Assembly (NCBI GenBank): GCA_021513695.1
Contig: CP084166.1
Location: forward strand, 2,048,001 to 2,112,000
Source of the DNA: Candidatus Heimdallarchaeum aukensis
GTDB taxonomy: Archaea > Asgardarchaeota > Heimdallarchaeia > Heimdallarchaeales > Heimdallarchaeaceae
Length of the DNA stretch: 64,000 nucleotides
Direction: 5' to 3'
Shown here: positions 58,404 to 64,000 of the stretch, in pieces
How positions within the stretch are numbered: position 1 is the first letter of the stretch
Layout: each line of letters starts with the position of its first letter
Notes under the pieces: generated by a model
Seen by the model: only the letters and a program-made list of their open reading frames with translations
The model's database searches: none
What the model was told of the DNA's origin: nothing
Program-made: the position numbers and the translations under genes

Positions 58404-59636
58404 ATGTTACGAGTGGCTCGTGAAAAAAGAAAAACAGTGTTTGAAAATAACGTTAAAGCTTATATGGAAGAGCATCGCCTTCCTCCATCAATGTCTTGGG
58501 TAGCAAAATTAGCTATTGCTTGGAGACATTATAGTGTTGATATAGCTGTACAGAGTTTGGCTATCTTTACTTTTCTCCTTATCTTTTTATCAATAACCTG
58601 GGATACTAGTTTTGCCCGGATTCTCATATGGTCTCTAATTGTTGCAGGAGTCTGGGGTGTAGTTAGATTTTCTATTCGTCTCTATAAACAAACTGCTATG
58701 CAAAAAGAACTTATTATTGCCAAAGATGGAACGTTAAGAGAACGTAGTCCTTCTAATTGGAGTCTTATCTGGAGACGATATAAGAAAAACAAGGTTTCTC
58801 TTTTGTCTGGAAGTGTGGTCGCAATCGTTACCTTAATTGCTATAATTTATCCTATTCTTTTACCCTTTAACCCTGTACAACAAGTTCCTCTATTTGATGC
58901 TTGGAATGGCGGTGGTTCAATCGCCCGACCTAATTTGAAGTATCCTGCTGGTACAGATATTCTCGGTAGAGATGAATTCTCAAGAGTACTTGCTGGTTCT
59001 GAGGTTTCTTTAACTGTTGGAGTATTTTCAACTGTCTTATCAGTTTTTATTGGTGTGTCCTTAGGAGCTATCGCTGGATATTATCGAGGTTGGTCAGAAG
59101 AAATTATTATGAGAATCACAGATATGTTCCTATCCCTACCTTTCTTAGTTATTGCTATTCTTGCTGTAGCCTTTATTAGGAGAGGAAGGATAGCTTTCTT
59201 GAAACAAATTCCTCAGTCTATGGTTATTATTCTTGTACTGGGAATATTTGGTTGGGGTGGACTGTGCAGGTTAGTAACTGCAAATACAAAGCAGATCTAT
59301 AGGTTAGATTATGTTAATGCTGCACGAGTATTAGGGGCCAGTAATCGTCGAATAATTCTATTGCATATTTTACCTAATATTTTAGCTCCTATAATTGTTA
59401 TAGCAACATTGTCTGTTGCAGGAGGAATATTGTCAGAAGCAGGATTGACTTTCCTAGGTTTGGGTAGTCCAACAACTATTTCGTGGGGACAAATGGTAAA
59501 TGAAGCCCAAACAGTTTTCAGATCCAATCCTGAACTCGCATTCATACCTGGTTTTGCAATATTTTTTGTTGTATTAGCTTTTAACTTACTAGGTGATGCC
59601 CTGAGGGACGCAATGGATCCAAGACTAAAGGAGTAA
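58404..59636 (+). CDS. ABC transporter permease, OppC/DppC family, with N-terminal extension
   Basis: PAGTDILGRDEFSRV N-terminal OppC motif, conserved permease core; about 110 extra N-terminal residues with 2 TM segments. Confidence 0.85.
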   Translation: MLRVAREKRKTVFENNVKAYMEEHRLPPSMSWVAKLAIAWRHYSVDIAVQSLAIFTFLLIFLSITWDTSFARILIWSLIVAGVWGVVRFSIRLYKQTAMQKELIIAKDGTLRERSPSNWSLIWRRYKKNKVSLLSGSVVAIVTLIAIIYPILLPFNPVQQVPLFDAWNGGGSIARPNLKYPAGTDILGRDEFSRVLAGSEVSLTVGVFSTVLSVFIGVSLGAIAGYYRGWSEEIIMRITDMFLSLPFLVIAILAVAFIRRGRIAFLKQIPQSMVIILVLGIFGWGGLCRLVTANTKQIYRLDYVNAARVLGASNRRIILLHILPNILAPIIVIATLSVAGGILSEAGLTFLGLGSPTTISWGQMVNEAQTVFRSNPELAFIPGFAIFFVVLAFNLLGDALRDAMDPRLKE

Positions 59637-60694
59637 TGAGAATAATGAAGAAAATAGAACCTATACTAGATGTGAAAAATCTTTACACCCGCTTTTATAC
59701 AGAAAGTGGTGTAGTAGAAGCACTTGATGGTGTTAACTTTGATGTAGGTTACGGAGAACCTGTTGGAATTGTAGGTGAAAGCGGGTGCGGAAAAACTGTA
59801 ACAAGTCATAGTGTGCTAAGAATTTTACCTAAAAATGGACGAATACTACAACCTCCAAGTGAAATATACTATAAAGGAGTTAATCTCTTAGACTTAACAG
59901 ATGAACAGATGCGACATGTTAGAGGAAAAGAAGCTGCAATGATATTTCAAGATCCGATGACTAGTCTTAATCCCATTTTCAAAATAAGTGACCAGATGAT
60001 TGAAGTTATCCAGTTACACAGAAAGGTAAACAAAAATGAAGCAAGGGATATAGCTATTGAGATGATGGAAGCAGTAGGTATCCCTGATTCCGCGGAAAGA
60101 ATTGACAATTATCCTCATCAATTCAGTGGAGGAATGAGACAAAGAATTCTAATTGCTAGAGCATTGGCATTACAACCAAGTTTGTTAATTGCTGATGAGC
60201 CTACTACAGCATTAGATGTAACCATTCAAGCTCAAGTTCTTGAAATAATCAAAGAAATGCAAAAGCAATTTGGTTTAGCTCTGATGCTAATCACTCATAA
60301 TCTAGGTGTGGTAGCTGAAATAACAAAAAGAGTACATATATTCTACGGTGGAAGAGTAGTGGAATCAGGTCCAACAGAGGAAATATTCGTTAATCCTTTC
60401 CACCCATATACAAAAGCACTTTTTGATAGTATCCCCTCACTAGAACAAGATAAAACAAGATTAGCAACAATACCTGGAACAGTACCTCAACTTATTAACC
60501 CACCGCAAGGTTGTAGATTTCATCCAAGATGTAAATATGCAACAGAAATATGTCGAAGGGCTCGTCCTCCAGATATGTGGGTAACAGAAACAAGACGTGT
60601 ACAGTGTCACCACTGGGAAGAATTAGATCTTACAATCGATAAAGAAAAAGTGAAAGAAGTGAGAAAAACAGCTGTTTCCGTGGAAGGTGTGTAA
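59636..60694 (+). CDS. ABC transporter ATP-binding protein, OppD/DppD-like
   Basis: Walker A GESGCGKT, signature FSGGMRQR, Walker B LLIADEPTTALD, C-terminal oligopeptide-transporter extension with Cys residues. Confidence 0.9.
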   Translation: MRIMKKIEPILDVKNLYTRFYTESGVVEALDGVNFDVGYGEPVGIVGESGCGKTVTSHSVLRILPKNGRILQPPSEIYYKGVNLLDLTDEQMRHVRGKEAAMIFQDPMTSLNPIFKISDQMIEVIQLHRKVNKNEARDIAIEMMEAVGIPDSAERIDNYPHQFSGGMRQRILIARALALQPSLLIADEPTTALDVTIQAQVLEIIKEMQKQFGLALMLITHNLGVVAEITKRVHIFYGGRVVESGPTEEIFVNPFHPYTKALFDSIPSLEQDKTRLATIPGTVPQLINPPQGCRFHPRCKYATEICRRARPPDMWVTETRRVQCHHWEELDLTIDKEKVKEVRKTAVSVEGV

Positions 60695-60696
60695 AA

Positions 60697-61749
60697 GTGG
60701 CAAGCATGAGATCATTTGAAGAATACGAAGTAATAGACACAGACTTGTTTTCAGCATGGGACCCAAATAAATTCCCTATTCTTGAAACAAAAAATTTGAA
60801 GAAATGGTTTCCAGTAGCTGAACAATCATTACTCTATTCAAAAACAGTAAACTTCATAAAAGCAGTAGATGGAGTAAATCTCTTTTTGAATAAAGGTGAA
60901 ACACTTGGACTAGTAGGAGAAAGTGGGTGTGGAAAGAGTACAACATCAAAAACAATAATTAAATTGGAAGAACCAACAGAAGGGTCTGTTTACTTTAAAG
61001 GAATAGATATGTTTCAACCAATGACAAGAGTTGAAGAGTTAGCAATAAAAAGACAGATACAAATGGTTTTCCAGGACCCATATGCAAGCCTAAACCCGAG
61101 AAGAATGGTTTTAGATATTATAAAAGAACCATTCGATATACATTTCGCTGATATGCCTTATGAAGAAAAAGAAGCAAGAGTACTGGAAATTCTAAGTAAA
61201 GTTGGTCTTGAAGATTATCATGCATTAAGATATCCACATGAATTCTCAGGAGGCCAAAGACAAAGAATAGGAATAGCAAGAGCTTTAGCTATGAATCCAG
61301 AAGTCATTCTGTTAGACGAACCAGTATCTGCATTAGATGTATCAGTTCAAGCTCAAATACTAAATCTATTACATGACTTGCAAATAGATTTCAAATTAAC
61401 ATATATGTTTATAGCACACGATCTAAGTGTAATTAAGCATGTATCAGATAGAGTAGCAGTGATGTATCTAGGAAAAATAATGGAAATGGCACCAACAGGA
61501 GAATTGTTCAGAAACACAGCTCATCCATATACAATAGCTTTATTGTCTGCTATACCGAGACCAGATCCAAGAATAAAAATGGATAGAATAATATTAGAAG
61601 GAGACCCACCAAGTCCAATTAATACTCCAAGCGGTTGTCCTTTTCATCCTCGTTGTTGGAAAGCTAAAGAAGTTTGTTCTCAAAAACAGCCTCCTTTGGA
61701 AGAAGTTAAACCTAATCATTATGTCAGTTGTTGGTTCCCTGAAATATAA
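60697..61749 (+). CDS. ABC transporter ATP-binding protein, OppF/DppF-like
   Basis: Walker A GESGCGKST, signature FSGGQRQR, Walker B ILLDEPVSALD. Confidence 0.9.
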   Translation: MASMRSFEEYEVIDTDLFSAWDPNKFPILETKNLKKWFPVAEQSLLYSKTVNFIKAVDGVNLFLNKGETLGLVGESGCGKSTTSKTIIKLEEPTEGSVYFKGIDMFQPMTRVEELAIKRQIQMVFQDPYASLNPRRMVLDIIKEPFDIHFADMPYEEKEARVLEILSKVGLEDYHALRYPHEFSGGQRQRIGIARALAMNPEVILLDEPVSALDVSVQAQILNLLHDLQIDFKLTYMFIAHDLSVIKHVSDRVAVMYLGKIMEMAPTGELFRNTAHPYTIALLSAIPRPDPRIKMDRIILEGDPPSPINTPSGCPFHPRCWKAKEVCSQKQPPLEEVKPNHYVSCWFPEI

Positions 61750-61867
61750 AACTGCAGAGAAATTAATCATTTTTTCTTTTTTTAATTTTAAAATTCATTC
61801 TTTTTTTTAAAAAATGATCTGATATTATTTTATACTACCGCTAAAAATAAAAATGATAAGTATCAAC

Positions 61868-61880
61868 TTATCATTGATAG
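61868..61880. promoter_or_regulatory. Palindrome TTATCA-T-TGATAG (core TATCATTGATA) 4-16 bp upstream of the GTPase start codon
   Basis: Same GATAG half-site as the arrays at 22968, 46280 and 47112. Confidence 0.4.
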
Positions 61881-61883
61881 ATT

Positions 61884-62822
61884 GTGAATGACAAAGTACT
61901 AAAGGTAGGAAAAGAATCAGTACCCGTAACTATACTTGGGTTAGAAAATGCTGGAAAAACCACTCTAATTGAGAGGTTAAAAACAGGTTCTTTTGTAGAA
62001 GATACAACTCCTACATTAGGTGTAAGCTTTGAATCTTTTAAAGTAGGTGATACTTTATTCAAGATTTTTGATGTTGGGGGACAATTTGTTTATCGAAAAC
62101 AGTTTTGGGTAAATTACGCATCAAATAGCTATGGTATTATCTTTGTATTTGATGCCTCCGATAAAGAAAGAACAACAGAAGGAAAAGAGTGGTTCTGGTA
62201 TCTAATAGACAATATTGAAATTGAAGACCGAATAGTTGTAGCTTTTTTTGCTAATAAAGCCGATTTAGAATGCATGTCAATAGAAGAAATTATTGAAGCG
62301 CTTGAACTCCCAAGGATGAGTGAGCACTCAAAGATTAGTTTCCAAATATTTAAGACAAGTAATAAAACAGGCGAAGGAATAGACGCTGCATTAGATTGGT
62401 TTACAAACAAACTAAAACAAATAGGAAAAGAAAAAATAGTCCATCCAAAAGGTTTGATTATAAGTACAACACTAGGCAGAGTGCAGTTATTCTTAGATCT
62501 TGAAGGATTATCACAACAAATATCGCAAATCAGAGAATTATTAGCTCAAATATTTAAATATGAATCAGCTACGCTCAAAGAAGAAAAATTATCTACTATT
62601 TCAAACGAGAATATAAAACTCGTATGTCACGAAAGAAGTGACGTGATAATAACAATGATCATAAATCCAGAAGAATCTCATGTAGAAGCTCAAAGATATA
62701 TTGAGCAAGTGTATGAATACTTAGAAAAGAAAACAGCAAAAACGAAAGATGAGCTTATAAAAGGAATATTAAACTTACTAAATATTAAAGATGAAAGTAA
62801 AGTTAAGATAATTACAATGTAA
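61884..62822 (+). CDS. Arf-family-like small GTPase fused to a C-terminal Roadblock/longin-like domain
   Basis: GTG start. G1 GLENAGKTTL, switch I TPTLG, G3 DVGGQ (Arf/Sar-type WDVGGQ-like), G4 NKAD, G5 TSNKTGEG. About 130-aa C-terminal extension with beta-beta-alpha-beta-beta-alpha periodicity (LIISTTLGRVQLFLDLEG ... IKLVCHERSDVIITMII). Confidence 0.75.
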   Translation: MNDKVLKVGKESVPVTILGLENAGKTTLIERLKTGSFVEDTTPTLGVSFESFKVGDTLFKIFDVGGQFVYRKQFWVNYASNSYGIIFVFDASDKERTTEGKEWFWYLIDNIEIEDRIVVAFFANKADLECMSIEEIIEALELPRMSEHSKISFQIFKTSNKTGEGIDAALDWFTNKLKQIGKEKIVHPKGLIISTTLGRVQLFLDLEGLSQQISQIRELLAQIFKYESATLKEEKLSTISNENIKLVCHERSDVIITMIINPEESHVEAQRYIEQVYEYLEKKTAKTKDELIKGILNLLNIKDESKVKIITM

Positions 62823-62910
62823 GAAACTTTTTTTCATTTTCAATTTTTTCTTTTTTATTAGACATCAAAATTATTCTATCTACCCTCACAGTAAATCTCT
62901 AAAAAATAAT

Positions 62911-62987
62911 TGGAGCCCCGGGGGGGACTTGAACCCCCGACCATTTGATTACAAGTCAAACGCTCTACCGAGCTAAGCCACCGAGGC
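62911..62987 (-). tRNA. tRNA-Thr(TGT), CCA encoded
   Basis: Acceptor GCCTCGG/CCGGGGC (one G-U), anticodon arm TTTGA-CTTGTAA-TCAAA, T-arm GGGGG-TTCAAGT-CCCCC, discriminator T. Confidence 0.8.
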
Positions 62988-63407
62988 CTTTTTATACATA
63001 TTGCTTTTTCTTTTGTTTTTTTGTTTTTCTTTTTCTTTGTGCTAAAAAATTTTTTTATTAGTTACAATTTTCTTTTCTCTTTTCTTCCTTTTTTACTAAT
63101 ATTTTTCTAATAATTATCTGGGTATTACATTTTCTTTTTAATCACTTTTTGCATTGTTTCCGACATAAAACTTCTTAGTTCATTTTTTAAATAAGTATTT
63201 GCGTTTAAGCCCCCTCCCCTTTGTTTCCAATGGAGTGTGCCGTTTTTTGTTATTTTGGCCGCTCTATCGCCTTTTTCTGAAAAATATTTAACCTTATTCT
63301 TTTTTTAATATATTTCCACTGAAACAATGAAAAGGTTTAATATTATATTAGGTTACTTTTTAAATAATAACATCTCAGTTAATATAGTGAAAGCAAAAAC
63401 AGGTGGT

Positions 63408-63722
63408 ATGATGACTACAATCGCACAAGCCCAAGAAAAATTACTTGAACTCATTCATAGTAGAAATAGTATAAAGCAGACTGACACCGTTCGTATCCCC
63501 AAGCTTCCCAGTAGGATAATTGGTGAAAGAATGCTAGATGCTTTTGCCAATCAAATCCAAAATGATGTTGAAGGTTTAGAATCAGATCCATATATTGAAG
63601 ATGAATTAGTTGAAAGTTTATTAAGCACTTTAGCTTTAGCAGGGCTTGTTGGTATTGATCTTGAATCAAAATTGGAAGAGATTCTATCTTTAATGGAAAT
63701 TGTAACAGCTGATAGTTCTTAA
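63408..63722 (+). CDS. MazG-like nucleotide pyrophosphohydrolase domain protein (start uncertain; ORF opens at 63327)
   Basis: Helical EKLLELIHS ... ERMLDAFANQIQNDVEGL ... EDELVESLLSTLALAGLVGIDLE pattern resembles the MazG/NTP-PPase all-alpha fold. Confidence 0.4.
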   Translation: MMTTIAQAQEKLLELIHSRNSIKQTDTVRIPKLPSRIIGERMLDAFANQIQNDVEGLESDPYIEDELVESLLSTLALAGLVGIDLESKLEEILSLMEIVTADSS

Positions 63723-64000
63723 ATAACAGTTGCTTGTTTTACTCTTTATATGCCTCTTTTATCTAATTTGTGCTTTTTATTAATACTAGGTACTTTTTTA
63801 TATACCTTCATTTGTGATTCTTTTGAAATGGGGTATTTTGTAACCTTTTCTTACTGATATCTAATTATATTCAATAATTAAAAATATAAACAACCTAAAA
63901 AAATTAAAACTAGAGTATCTAAGAGTGATTTATTCGATGTCTAAATTCAGGAAAAAATGTAATCGCTATTATAAATTTGGCGCTCCTACTATGGCTAAGA

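Noticed and set aside
1-64000. rRNA genes
   Set aside because: No stretch resembles 16S/23S/5S conserved cores. The window is protein-coding dense apart from tRNAs.

Overview
AT-rich (about 30% GC by eye) archaeal chromosomal segment with dense, mostly housekeeping coding. Archaeal identity rests on r-proteins L11, LX/L18Ae and L37e, SecE, Spt5, an Sm protein, prefoldin alpha, FtsY, Nep1, archaeal DtdA, an M. jannaschii-like TyrRS, and intron-containing tRNAs with encoded CCA. Recognisable metabolism: form III RuBisCO next to a ribose-1,5-bisphosphate isomerase (AMP salvage), ADP-forming acetyl-CoA synthetase, LipA/LipB, an AcnX-type phosphomevalonate dehydratase pair, an fdsG-fdsB-fdsA-like NAD-linked formate dehydrogenase operon convergent with a MobA-like gene, an Opp/Dpp-type ABC transporter, and a bacterial-type PlsY. 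The window opens inside a giant ORF (over 2879 aa, 5' end beyond the window). Most unusual features: (i) an Arf-family-like small GTPase fused to a Roadblock/longin-like C-terminal domain with a palindromic TATCA-T-TGATA site just upstream; (ii) a 2.8-kb insertion in tRNA-Leu(TAG) bounded by 39-bp direct repeats of the tRNA 3' end, carrying a about 1-kb polypyrimidine tract and one large ORF but no recognisable integrase; (iii) TGATAG hexamer arrays at three loci, two of them flanking a small HTH gene; (iv) tRNAs with non-canonical T-loop introns (tRNA-Glu with two introns, tRNA-Ala with one); (v) a rearranged L11-SecE-Spt5 cluster followed by an orphan gamma-class N6-adenine DNA methyltransferase; (vi) sharply bimodal T-ending versus A-ending codon usage between neighbouring genes. 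Lineage cannot be fixed from sequence alone. The GTPase plus Roadblock content, form III RuBisCO, PlsY and low GC are compatible with an Asgard-like or other deep-branching AT-rich archaeon.
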